DNA from: Chlorokybus atmophyticus
Taxonomy: Eukaryota > Plantae > Mesostigma and Chlorokybus algae
Direction of reading: 5' to 3'
Assembly: GCA_009103225.1 (NCBI GenBank)
Contig: RHPI01003516.1
Span: 86,062-150,061, forward strand
Length of the DNA: 64,000 nucleotides
Position 1 is the first letter of the stretch. Each line of letters starts with the position of its first letter. The notes under the pieces were generated by a model that was given only the letters and a program-made list of their open reading frames with translations, was not told where the DNA came from and ran no database searches. A program made the translations under genes and the position numbers. Positions 39,581 to 51,990 of the stretch are shown piece after piece.

Positions 39581-42500
39581 ATGGACATTGTTGATGTTAG
39601 CAATTCCTCTTGGACTTATTCCACTCAACAACTTTGTACATGGATTCAAGAACAACACATGTTTATTGAGGATATGGAATGTTGTGGTTTTTGTGGTATT
39701 ACTTTATTTGGTCAATCTCAGCGCAATAAAATGAGATTATATGATCTTAATCATGAAATACCTCCTTATGCTATTGCGAACATGTTTATGGCCGACTTTA
39801 CTCAAACATCCACTTCAATGCGTGTTTGTCAAACATGTCATAATAAGTCTTCACGCAGATATCACACTGTGATGTATTCTACTGAATACATGCGTAAAGT
39901 ACTATCTGAACATCCTATCGCCGTACTTAGGGCTTCTTAACACTTGTATTCGCTTGGACAATCAAGGCCCTCATAGCTACGGTGTCGGTATAATGGGGGC
40001 AAATTCTTTAATTAAAGGACCATTAATTGTGTGGGACAATTATTGTTTTAGCATTGATCAAGTTCCAGCATCACTTCATGAATTACTCAATGAGTTGCTC
40101 ACTAGCAATGCACATGTTAAAAAGTATTTAACCATGTTGGAATACCCTTCTATTTGTAGTGGGGTACCGGTTGCACATAGCAACATAGTTGAACATATTG
40201 TGCGAGAGCAATGCCGTCGTGGTTTGTTGAATGTCGTCAACAATGAGGAAAGATTACATGTTCTTACCACATTACTTCCTATTAGTACGCCTACCAACAA
40301 TTCACATGTACCTAACAATTTCATTGCTGGTGGATTAACTTGTCGGATTTGTAATGCTCAAACCATCTTACTTCATACTTCAGAGTCTAGTACAAATTTA
40401 ACCTTAACAATTGAAGATGCTTTATTCCCCATGCTATTTCCCCAAGGTGTTGGTAGTTTCAATGGTATACATGTACGTCATTTTACAGATTATATCCAGA
40501 TGCGGTGTTCCATGGCTTTTTCCATGTTCACTCTATATAAACCTTATATATTATTAATGTATCACATACGTCAAGCTTTGATGTTGGTTTCTCAATGCCG
40601 CACCATACTACTCAATAAATCAATTACGAAATATCGAAAAGATCATCCAAATGCTTCAGATGAAGATGCTATACGTCACATTATTAAGTATAAGATTCCT
40701 AATTCTATCATAGGATCACCCGCTTGGCATCGCACGCAATTGGGTGATTTACTTACTTTAGTTGATCATTGGGATATGCCTACATTATTTGTCACATTAA
40801 CTGCTGATGAAGTTAGTGAAACAAAATGGCCCGAGATTGTGGATGTTGAAAATTTTGTTAGTAATATTGGTATCAATTTCACATGGCGTGATGCACCAGT
40901 TGAATGTGCTAGATTATTTCATCATCGATTTACAGTATTTTTCCAAACTTACATCATGCGCAAGAAAATTTTGGGGTCCATGGAACATTACGTGATACGT
41001 TATGAAACTCAACATCGTGGATCTTTACATGCTCATGTTATGTTATGGTTGTGTCCAGATAGTGTTGAACGTGTTTCAAATGAAATTGTCGCATTCATTC
41101 CGGGACATTACGATGACAACACTGAAGCAATGGTTGCACCCACAGATGCACACCAACGTGTTTTGTATGAATATGTGCGGGAAAAACAATTACACATCTG
41201 TAGTCCTGTTGGAACTGGATGTCGTCCGTTCAATAGTGAATGCCGTTACGGTTTTCCATATGATATACAATCAGAGCGTATAGCAAAGTTCAATAGCAAT
41301 AGCAAACGTTATGACTATTATCGACCACGCTATCAAGATCGCAATGTTGTGCCTTATCACACATCCTTGCTGCTTTTATGGGGTGCACATTGTAATGTAC
41401 AAAAAGTAACTAACGATAATTGGTCTTTGTACATACTTAAATATACTATGAAAACCGAACCACTAGGTGCATTGAACATTAATATGGAAAATGCCAAGTC
41501 CTCGGGTCTTCATGGTCTTTCAGAAACAGAATTACGTTTTATCAGTGCCATGTATTTGTCCAAACCGTTAGCTCCTTCAGAAGCTGCCATGACTTGCTTA
41601 GAAATCCCTATCATACAAAAATCAAGTCGTGTGATTTACATTGATTCTCATATGCCTTCAGTGCGTACCAAGCTATTGCAAGGTGCTCAACATATTGTGA
41701 TACATTCAATTGACATTTATTGTGCATGACCACAGGCATTGGAGTTGGTGACTTTCTGCGATTACTTCCGTCAATATCATCGCACCAAAGCTGTGACCAA
41801 GTCAACACGGTACGTGCTTTCAAAAGACATCATAATTGATTCACTTGGTTATATTGTGAACCAACTACAAGAGCTACAAATTGTTAAGTTCACTGATTGT
41901 CATCTTGTGCATAACATGGAAGGATATTTTTTCAATCAGCTATTGGGCAAAGTTCATTTTAGAAGCGAACATGAGTTATTCAGCGATAACAATGAAAATC
42001 GTTCATATTATGAGGAATGCATTATACGCGGATATTTAAATGATGATACAAACACTTTAGAAGGGCATATTATTAACTATTGTACAAAACATTTATTTAC
42101 GGATTATCAAGTACAACAACTTCTTACACAAATGATTGAAAAACAATCTGTTGACACACCGGCACTTAACATCCCTAATACCGAGGAGTTACCTGTAAAT
42201 GAAGTTATAACGCAACAACAAATCGAAGCATTGGGGTACGTGAATGAATTTGAAAATATAGCTCTTGGAGTGTTAAGTCTTGAGCAACAATGCGTTTTTG
42301 ATCAAATAGTTTCACAACATACGGGTTTTCATGTTATATCAGGCACCCCCGGATCTGGAAAAACGTATCTAACCAAAAAGCTTACATATCATTTACGTAA
42401 TCAAGGGTTAAACGTGTTGCTATGTGCATCCACAGGAGCTGCAGCAATCCGGTTAAGTACAACAGCACGCACTGTTCATACAGCATTTGCAATGCCTTGT

Positions 42501-43538
42501 GCTGGCACTTTTCTACCATATTTATCACCAATAGACACACGTTATGTTATTATGAATGCTACTCAAATATTTATTGTTGACGAATATTCCATGTTAACGG
42601 CTGAGATCATCAATTTAATATTTTTACGGGTACAACAACTATATGACCCTACAACATTTCTGGAAAAGGTTCAAATCATATTTGTTGGTGACCATAAACA
42701 ACTACCACCAATTTGCAAACATAGTCGTGGTGAAAACATACAACCGTGTGACAAGTGTCATAGTGGACATAGTCGTTATTGGCATGTAGGTCACAAACAT
42801 ATACTCAATACTTCCATACGTCATGACTCAGATCAAGAATACTTGAGATTTTAAAATGTGATTCGCAGTGATGTACCATCACAAACTCTAGTAGACGACA
42901 CATTACATACTTGTATCATGAACGGTTCATGGGAAAGCAATTTTATTGCGGATACTATCACAATCTGTTCTCATGTCCAAGATGTCATATACTATAATGA
43001 TAAAGCCATCCGTCAATTATTTTCAAAAGATGACATATATGATATCATTTTATATAGTAATGGTATCAATAAAGCTGACCTGACAGACTGGATCAATGAA
43101 CCTAAATTTCATATGTTAACATCAGTTGCACTACATGCTAAAGTAATTTTGCTGGCAAATTTGGATTTAAACATTGGTGCTGCCAATGGTGCTATGGGAG
43201 TTGTAACAAAATTACGCTTCTATCGGACACGTATATCAGCTATTGAAATATGCTTGAAAGACACTCAGAAAACAATTGTGATTACACGCTCCACATATAA
43301 AACACACACTCACAAAGGTCGTTCTTTTTACAAGTCAACATTTCCATTACAATTAGCGTATGCAATCACAGGCCATAAAGTACAAGGTGCTACTCTTAAT
43401 ACTCCAACCATCATCAATATGAGACATGCATTTGTCCCAGGTTTGTGGTATGTTGTATTGTCCAGAGTGACTAACCGTTCTTTGTTGACATTGACGGACA
43501 TGCCTCAAGCCACTGACATGCAACCTATACCTTGGTAA
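39581..43538 (+). pseudogene. Helitron-type RepHel: Zn-finger, HUH Rep and PIF1/SF1 helicase
   Basis: Motifs CGFC..CQTC, 'PTLFVTLTAD', 'RGSLHAHVMLW', 'YILKY', 'GTPGSGKT', 'IVDEYS', 'GDHKQLPP' and 'FPLQLAYAITGHKVQGATL..YVVLSRV'. One frameshift near 39945 and in-frame stops at 41727 (TGA) and 42852 (TAA). Confidence 0.93.
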
Positions 43539-43643
43539 CAGGTAAATTCGAGTTTGGTTCTACCTTTGATTCGATGAGTACGATTGCTGTTGCAAATAAA
43601 TGTTATTCCATTATATTTATTGTTAACATTCACATGAACGCAG

Positions 43644-44471
43644 ATGGCGACCTTCGACTCTCGCGCCATTTTCAAAAAAGTCAAGACTCAGCATGAAGCG
43701 TCCCCAGATCAACGCAAGCGCCCACGCGTGGATGCTTGGGAGCTCTCTAACGCTCAAAAGCTTCTCCTCGACAACAACGGTGTACTCCCAGAAGACTACG
43801 ATGGCATACCATTTACAAAGTCTGAAGCCGACATTTTTATCAAAGATGTCATTCGCTCCAGTGACAAGTTTAAGCAAGAGCACGGAGTTGGCATCATCAC
43901 GGGTACTTATTGATTAAATTTAATTACAACAACTCGTCAACGTCATGTTATTAATACATTGCGTGTGAAATGTGTATTAGGTGGTTGCAAGTATTTCATG
44001 AAAATGTTGGGACATGACCTTCCCTCCAACACCAAACGCACCATTGCCTATGCGGCTTGGAACCAAGTGTTCGCTGAGCTCAATCTCAAGCTCCAAGAAT
44101 CGGGACAGAAGCCAATTCGCGCCCAACAGATGGTTGAGTTGGTGATCATCTACAAAGCGTGCTCATTTGAAGAGGCCAAGGATCTATCCGATGGCGAGGC
44201 TGCTGATTATCTGGACGCCATCCATGAGCAAGACCCCAAGTACAAAAAAAAAGACAACACAACATCGGATGAGGTATATACCATCATTTGAACTATAACA
44301 TTCACACTACAAATACAACTCTGTCGTGCATAAAACATGTGTCATATGCAGGTTGCGAGCGAGGTGCGTGCCTTACTCAATAATAGTCGCATTAATGCTA
44401 CTTTGGCTCTTCCTGCAACACCCTTATCCAAAGCCACTCGCAGCAACCGTGTCGCAAGCGCAAAACCATGA
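43644..44471 (+). CDS. Three-exon gene of unknown function (223 aa)
   Basis: Exons 43644-43902, 43981-44273 and 44352-44471. Both GT-AG introns are 78 bp with compatible phases, and the spliced frame is open. Confidence 0.7.
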
Positions 44472-44820
44472 AGGCTAGTCATGGCTTTGTGTACTTACTA
44501 CGACATATACATGAAGGCAAAGTTTATATAGGACAGACAAGTAACCTAGTGCGAAGATTTCACGAGCACCGACGTCACCCACCCCGCAAGCTGCAGCAAG
44601 ACTTGGACATGGCTCAACCATTTGCAAACCAAGTTGAGATGCGTTCACTCGGGTGGGCTTCAACTAAGGATGAGCTGGATACATTAGAAGCCAAATTCAT
44701 CCAGGAGTATAACTCAGTGGACCAAATGGCTACAATGTGGATCAAGGCAACCCAGCAAAGTTCAAGGCATTTTGGGCACGTTGGCGTAGAAATTCTCATT
44801 TTGGTAGGAAATCACGTTGA
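44468..44820 (+). pseudogene. GIY-YIG endonuclease with one frameshift
   Basis: 'FVYLL...VYIGQT....RRFHEH...LEAKFI'. A 1-nt shift near 44717 restores '..GPNGYN..' and a stop at 44820. Confidence 0.85.
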
Positions 44821-44940
44821 ACAATACCATGGTAGTTGTATTGATCTTATGGTTTTAGCATAATGTTCGCAAATCGCACATTAAACAATACCATGGTAGT
44901 TGTAGTGATTTTATGGTCTGAGCATAATGTTTGCAAAGTC

Positions 44941-45880
44941 ATAGATTACCACTATCACTACATCTATCACTATCAGTATCACTATCATTTCCACTGTCAC
45001 TACAACTATCACTATACGTGTACCTATCCCCACCCCTATCCATATTACAATTGTTACTTGCTATCACTACAACTACCACTATCGCTACAACTACACTTAT
45101 CACTAGCATTACCTCTATCACTAGCATTACCACTATCACTACAACTATGCCTATCGGAGTCCAGCTTTAACCTTCTCCCTATTATTATCACTACCATTAC
45201 CACTACATCTACAACTATGGTTATCACTATCATTACCACTATTACTATAACTATCACTACAAGTGCCCCTATCTTTAGCCCTATCGATATTACAATTGTC
45301 ATCTGCTACCACTACCACTATCACTACACCTACCACTATCAGCACCCCTACATGTATCACTAACACTGTCATCTCCACTATCACTACAACTATTGGTTAC
45401 CCACTCTTAAGCCGGATCCCTATTACTATCCCTATTTCTATCACTACCATTACCACTATCACTACAACTATCACTACAACCATCACTATCATTACCACTA
45501 TCACTACAACTACCACTATCAGAGTCACTATTACTGTCCCTGTGTCGAGCACTTTAATATCACTACAACTAACACTGCCACTACAACTACCACTATTGAT
45601 GCCCCTCAAAGGTCACTATCCCTGTCACTACCATTACCACTACCTTTGCCACTACCCCTATCACTACCACTACATCCTTTGTTCCCTATCATTAATACGC
45701 CCCATCTTCTACCCCTACTCCTACCCTACCCCCTTGTGATTCATACCTATCCCTACACATACACCTACCCCTACCCCAATCACTACAACCCCTACCTTGC
45801 TACTACCACTAGTAGTATTATTATGATATTTCTAACTGTCATGAGCATTTCAACAATTACCACAACTACAATTCGCATAA
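44941..45880 (-). repeat. (ACTATC)n minisatellite, inverted relative to 38189-39180
   Basis: Reverse complement shares units such as GACAATTGTAAT and GATAGGGCT.AAGATAGGG with the upstream array. Confidence 0.85.
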
Positions 45881-46025
45881 TGCATTGACTGATAATCATC
45901 ATGCAATGTAAGTTATACATGAGTCTCTTGCAATGACTTCACAACCACATGTGATAATACATTGTCAATCACATTAATGCCATAGTTACAACTCATACAA
46001 TCATTTGTCCCGAGCAAATACAATA

Positions 46026-46720
46026 TCATTTTACCAACTTAGCTACCACGTGCAGCAACACGCGACAGATCTGTACATACAGAATATTAGAGCAAAACGA
46101 GATAAATCAACCATTGTTTAAGATAGACACATTACTAAGCTCTAATTTGTCTTCCTTGCCGCGATGATCGCGTGGCAATGCTCGCAACTCTTTAGTCATC
46201 TTGAAAACTTCACCGACACTTTTTGGAGCAACAAAGTCCATTGCCAACTTCACGCATGACTACAATGCACACATAAAATCAATAGAACAAGACCGACATC
46301 AACACAGCTTAGCAAAACAATACACCAATCACTTTACCTTCAGATTGCGAACCTGATGTGGACATCCAGCATGAATAAATATAGCATCCCCGACATACTG
46401 GACAATACGCCAAGGTGTAACACCTACAAAACAACAATTAAAGATAAAATAATTATGTACAATTAATCAATTATAATTACTTACACTCTTCGTCCAACCA
46501 CTATCCTTACCATATTGTTCTTGCAGTTCCAATAGATGTTCAACGCGCAAATAAAAAGTTTGGTCATGAATGGGATCGATCACCTACACCAACCAACTCA
46601 TTGTTAAACACCTACTCAACAAAACTCATTCAAATGAAGGCGCTGACAATACATCACTACCTCTTGTAAAGGGAGGTTGTGTAGATGGCGAAACCGATGC
46701 TTGTTTGCGATCAGATATGC
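46026..46720 (-). pseudogene. KDM3/JMJD1-type JmjC histone demethylase, C-terminal part (5 exons)
   Basis: Exons ~46720-46661, 46583-46511, 46423-46338, 46259-46140 and 46070-46026 splice to 'YLIANKHRFRHLHNLPLQEVIDPIHDQTFYL...[42 protein letters not shown]...LPRDHRGKEDKLE'. The last donor reads CT instead of GT. Confidence 0.92.
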
Positions 46721-46721
46721 A

Positions 46722-47082
46722 CGGCTTTCCAAGCCACGCCTCCTAAGGCTTAGTATACGCGGAGTTCTCGCCGTTCTCCCAGGCGTTGGCTGCGTCAGGC
46801 TGCGCCAGCCTCATGAGCAAGTCTGGAGTCTCCTGCTTGGTCATACTCCGCGTAGTGAACTTGATATCCGCAACAGACTTATGACTGATCGATATCAACT
46901 CTTACTAGTAGCGGTATCTCGAAGGCTCATGCCTTAGCCAATTTACAAGCTGATTGGACCAAGCAGTATGCAAGACATGCTCAGGCTAACACTCCCATGC
47001 AGGCAGCTTGGTAGACTCCAAGTCCTCTAGTGCAGTCATGGAACTTCTTCGTCACCAAAGGCTTGGTCATGCAGTCAGCCAT
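46722..47082 (-). mobile_element. Copia 3' fragment E: RNase H end, PPT and truncated LTR
   Basis: 'MADCMTKPL..KKFHDC..GLG', then GCATGGGAG, then an LTR starting TGTTAG at 46991. Confidence 0.75.
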
Positions 47083-50000
47083 TGTTAAAGGACTAGCATG
47101 CACATTTAGTTGAGGCAAGCATGGACACACAGAGACAGAGCTACCGCCACCAGAGCATACACAAGTCACATCACATTTATCTATTACAAGTTGTCCGCTG
47201 GTTCTTATACCAGCTAGTTACACACACGTGTACGTTTGCAAGCACTGCGTAAGCTATACTCAGCTTTTTAACGCGCTCTAAGCTGCGTTGTCTTGCTTAC
47301 AACTAGAGCTTTCCAACAAGCTCTTACACGCCTAATATGAGTAAGTATACGCGGAGATACGAAGCAATTAATAAGGCTCCGGTCTAGAGTCCGGAGTCTG
47401 GTCCGACGACGCCATCTTGCTAAGTCCGGACCTAGTGCTCGTCCTTACGACCTTTTACTCCTGTGTGAAGGGTCGATGCTGATCGTATGTAGGAATGACT
47501 CTCAACGTTCCCACGCGAGCAGATTGACCTCCAACGCTTGCTCCTGTAGTCAAACACAGATGCCAAGTCCTGCGCAACAAGTCTTGAACTTGAGCGGTGA
47601 CAATGGCTTTGTCATGAAGTCCGCCAGCATGCCCTTGGTGTTGCAGTACTGGAACTCCACCTCCTTCCTTGTGACTCTGTCACGCACAAAGTGATGCATG
47701 ACATCAATGTGCTTCGTCCTTGCCGAGGCAATAGGGTGCTTCAACAACTCGATGGCTCCTTGGTTGTCCCAGTTAATGACAGTGCACGCCATGGGGTGCC
47801 CCAAGTCTGCCATGAGCTTGCGAAGACAGAGTGCCTCCTTCACTAATGCTGCCGCTGCCATGTACTCAGCCTCTGATGTAGATGCTACTGTTGTTGGCTG
47901 CAACCTGCTGTTCCAGCTCACCACGCCTCCGTTCAGCTTGAAGACGTAGCCTGTAGTGGACCTCCTGCTTTCGAGGTCACCAGCAAAGTCCAAGTCGCAG
48001 TAGCCCTCCAACTCAGTGCTCCCGCTCCTAAACTTAATGCCGACTATTGCGCTCCCAGCTACATAGCGAAGTACTCCCTTTGCTGCTCTCCAGTGCTCCA
48101 TGTTCGGTGCAGACATGTAGCGAGCAAGTACTCCGACATCATGTGCAACATCGGGACGTGTGCACACTGCCAGATATAGCATGTTGCCTACGAGCTCACC
48201 ATATGGATACTGAGCCTTGTCGAATACCTCCTCATCCTTTGCGTTGATGAGGGCAGTGCCAAGTGCCAGCGGTGTGGTCTTGGTCTTTACATCAGTGAGC
48301 CCGAACTTGGTGACGAGTCTTCTCACCATTTGCTCATGACTGATCTTGATTGTGCGAGCAGCCCTGTCGCGCTCAATCACCATGCCAAGGAACCACTTAG
48401 CCTCTTCAAGATCACGAACTGAGAATGCTTGCTGTAGCGCAAGTTTCGTCTCCTGCAGGTGGTGCATATGCCTGGCGGTGATGAGAATATCATCCACACA
48501 CACGAGCAGCCAGACCTTTTTGTCTAAATGGAAGAAGAGCCCAGGGTTTGCAAAGGATGCGGTGAAGCCAAGTGCCTCCAGCTCCTTGGTGAGCTTGATG
48601 TGCCACATACGCGGTGCCTGTCGCAGCCCGTACAGTGCCTTTATTAGCTTGCACGCTGTGCCTCTCTCCCCTTCTTCATATCCAGGTGGTTGCTCGATGA
48701 AGGTCTCCTCCTCCAGTTTTTCGTAGAGGAAGGCAGTCTTCACGTCGAGGTGATACAGCTTTAGGTCCTCAGCAGCAACCACGGCTAGGAGTGCACGGAA
48801 GGTGGTATGTTACTTGCAGGTGCAAACGCTTAAGTAAAGTCCACCCCTTCCTGCTGCAAGAAGCCCTTTGCCACCAGTCTTGCCTTGTTTCGCTCAATGT
48901 TGCCCTGACCATCACGCTTCACCTTAAAGACCCATTTCACTGGAATGGTCTTCACTCCTTGCGGTAATTGCTCTAAAAACCAAATGTTGTTGGCATGGAG
49001 TGACGCAATCTCCTCGTCCATAGTACGCTGCCATTGCTCCGCATCTGGTGCTAACAATGCCTCCTCGTAGGTGCTTGGCTTCTCATTGTGCACACTAGCG
49101 ACGTGCTTTGTGTAAGAAGTCACGTGCCTTTCTCTCCCTCACTGGGTATCTCCGAGCTGCGTGCTCCTGCTGCAGGTACGGCTCCTGCTGGCCTGCTACA
49201 GCTGAGTCCTGCTCACCCTTGATGTTGATGATGGCCTTGCATGTAGCCTCTACTGTCTCAGGATGCTCCTTTGGCTGTGCTTCATCTTCAGGAAAGAAGC
49301 CGGCTTCTGGTTGTGATAATTCCTCGTGGAAAACCATCTCTGCTCACGATAATCTTCTGAGTGTCCTCGAGCAAGGTTCTGTAAGCCTTGAAACCCGGTG
49401 CATAGCTGACGAAGATGCCCTTCTTGCTGACCGGCTCCAGCTTGTGCCTGAGCTGTTTAGGCACTAGTGTATATGCCGTGCATCCAAACACACGCATACC
49501 ACTCACATCTGGTGTTGCTCCATAGAAGTGCTCCCATAGAGTTTTCTGCTCTGAGCTCACCGGAGACCTGTTGCGGATGTCGATGGCAGCGAGTATCGCC
49601 TCCTTCCACATACTGTCTTCCATCTTTGTGTCATTGAGCATGGCTCGAACACACTCCAAGAGTGTCATGTTGAGGCGTTCAGCTGCTGCATTGTGCTGCG
49701 GGGTGTAGGGTGCCGTTGTCTCGTGGCGTATGCCCTTGCTGGTGAAGAACTCCTTCAAATCCTTGTTGATGTACTCCCCTCCTCGATCACTGCTCATTGC
49801 CTTCATCTTGTTGCCAGACTGAGTCTCCAGCAAGGCCACAACTGTGCGCACAGCTCCAGCAACTTTTGACTTCAGTGTCAACGGAAAGATGACGGATAGC
49901 TTGCTGTAGTTGTCGAGGAATGCAGCAAAATACCTGACCCCTCCCTTCGCCACAATGCACATAGGGCCATAGACATCCATGTGCACAAGCTCGCAAGGAT

Positions 50001-51990
50001 GCTGACTACTAAAAGAGGATGATGGGAATGGCATAGCATGCTGCTTTGCAACCAGGCATGGTTCACAAAGTGCACTCAATGCATTCTTGAGTTCTTTTGT
50101 GCTGGGATGGATGCCCTTGACCATCTTCTCAGCGACAAGGCGAGTGAGGTTGACATAGCTGACATGCCCGAACCTTCGATGCCACAATGTTGGCGACTCC
50201 TTGTCTTTCACCACCATAGCTTGAATGTCAATGTCCCAAGAGTGCTGCTCCACGTGGGTGAGCCCTCCCAGATCAGCGATTCCAACCATGTGCACGACCC
50301 CATTAAGGATGACTGTGCAGCCACCCTTCCGGAACACTATCTCTGCTCCCAAGCGCTCAGCAACTCTTACAGAGAACAGACTCGCAACAGCCTTTGGAAC
50401 ATGCAGGACGTGTCGTAACAACACCTCTCGCTGTGTGTTACCAACATTGCACAGAAGTCGCACATTGCCAACTCCCTCAGCCACTAGTACTTCACCACCA
50501 AAGCCCGCCACCTTGATTAGGGACGTCAGCTTCCTGTAGCCCTCCATCACCTCCTTGTTTGGTGTGAGATGACGATCGCAGCCAGAGTCCACCACCCAGA
50601 GAGCTGTGCCCGCCCTCGAACTGGATGCAGTGAAGGCGACATGTTTCTACTCGTGTTGGTGCTCGTTGCCGCTGTTGCTGGTGCTTGCTCTAGGTTGCCC
50701 ATGTTGTTTCTTTCTACAGTCCTTCACAATGTGCCCCTTCCAACTATACCAATGGCATGTGAGGTCTTTGTGACGAGGATTGCTCGGCTTGTTGCCCTTG
50801 TTCTTCTCTTCATGGTTGCTCTTCTTTCCATGCTTGTTGGTGTAGAAGGCCACGGCATTAGCTTGCTCATCCTTCTTCACAACCCTCTGCTCCACGGTGA
50901 GCAGCTTCGGTAGCACATCGTCAAACGTCAACTCCGATGATGACGTCTCCAGCAGGGTTGCGACGACCTCGTACTCTGCTGGTAGCCCTGCAACAATGAC
51001 CAGCACTACCTCCGTCTCCCCCATGTTGTGGCCGACGTTGATGAGGTCTGCCCAAAGCTCTCTTGCGCGTGCAACATACTTCGTAATAGGTTCTGCTGCC
51101 TCCTTCCTGAGTGCGCTGAGCTGCTTGCGTAGATGCAACTTTCTGGCATTGTTCTTGGTCCAAAAAACGGCTGATAGCTTTTCCTAAGCTTGTCTACCAT
51201 CTTCACATGCAGTGAGCATGGGAAAGTGATGCGGTTTGCTGTTCAACACAAGCAAAGAGTGTGCTTCTGCTGAATGCTCTGACCACATAATGTTCGCTCC
51301 TGGTGTTGATGGTGGTGCCTTCGGATCAACGTACTTCCACACCTTACAGTGGATGAGCAAGGCCTTCATCTCCACGCACCATGTGTTGTAGTTGTCGGTG
51401 TTCAGCTTTGCAATCTGCCCCTTGTCGTAGGTCGCCTCCATCTTTGTCGTGCCTGCCTTCACAGTTGACACCCAAGGCTCTGCTACCAACAAGCTACCGT
51501 AGTGTAGAACTATTATGCACACAAGCTAGTCTCACACTCCTCAAGCGTAGTGTGGGCCTATAACCTATTGAAGGACTAGCATGCACATGGAGTTGAGGCA
51601 AGCATAGACACACAGAGACAGAGCTACCGCCACCAGAGCATACACAAGTCACATCACATTCATTTATTACAAGTTGTCCGCTGGTTCTTATACCAGCCAG
51701 TTACACACACGTGTACGTTTGCAAGCACTGCGTAAGCTATACTCAGCGTTTTGACGCACTCTAAGCTGCGTTGTCTTTCTTACAACTAGAGCTTTCCAAC
51801 AAGCTCTTACACGCCTATTATGAGTAAGTATACGCGGAGATACAAAGCAATTAGTAAGGCTCCAGTCTAGAGTCCGGAGTCTGCTCCGACGACGCCATCT
51901 TGGTAAGTCCGGACCTAGTGCTCGTCCTTACGACCTTCTACTCCTGTGTGGAGGGTCGATGCTGATCGTATGTAGGAATGGCTCTCAACA
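47083..51990 (-). mobile_element. Ty1/copia element B, full length but decayed
   Basis: 425-bp LTRs at 47083-47507 and 51566-51990, PBS GGTTATAGGCCCAC, and gag/IN/RT/RH ORF pieces. No matching TSD. Confidence 0.93.

Noticed and set aside
41727-42857. In-frame TGA/TAA in RepHel as evidence for an alternative genetic code
   Set aside because: TGA fits CGA decay in a Y..RP motif and TAA fits TTA (Leu). Other long ORFs end normally at TAA/TAG/TGA.
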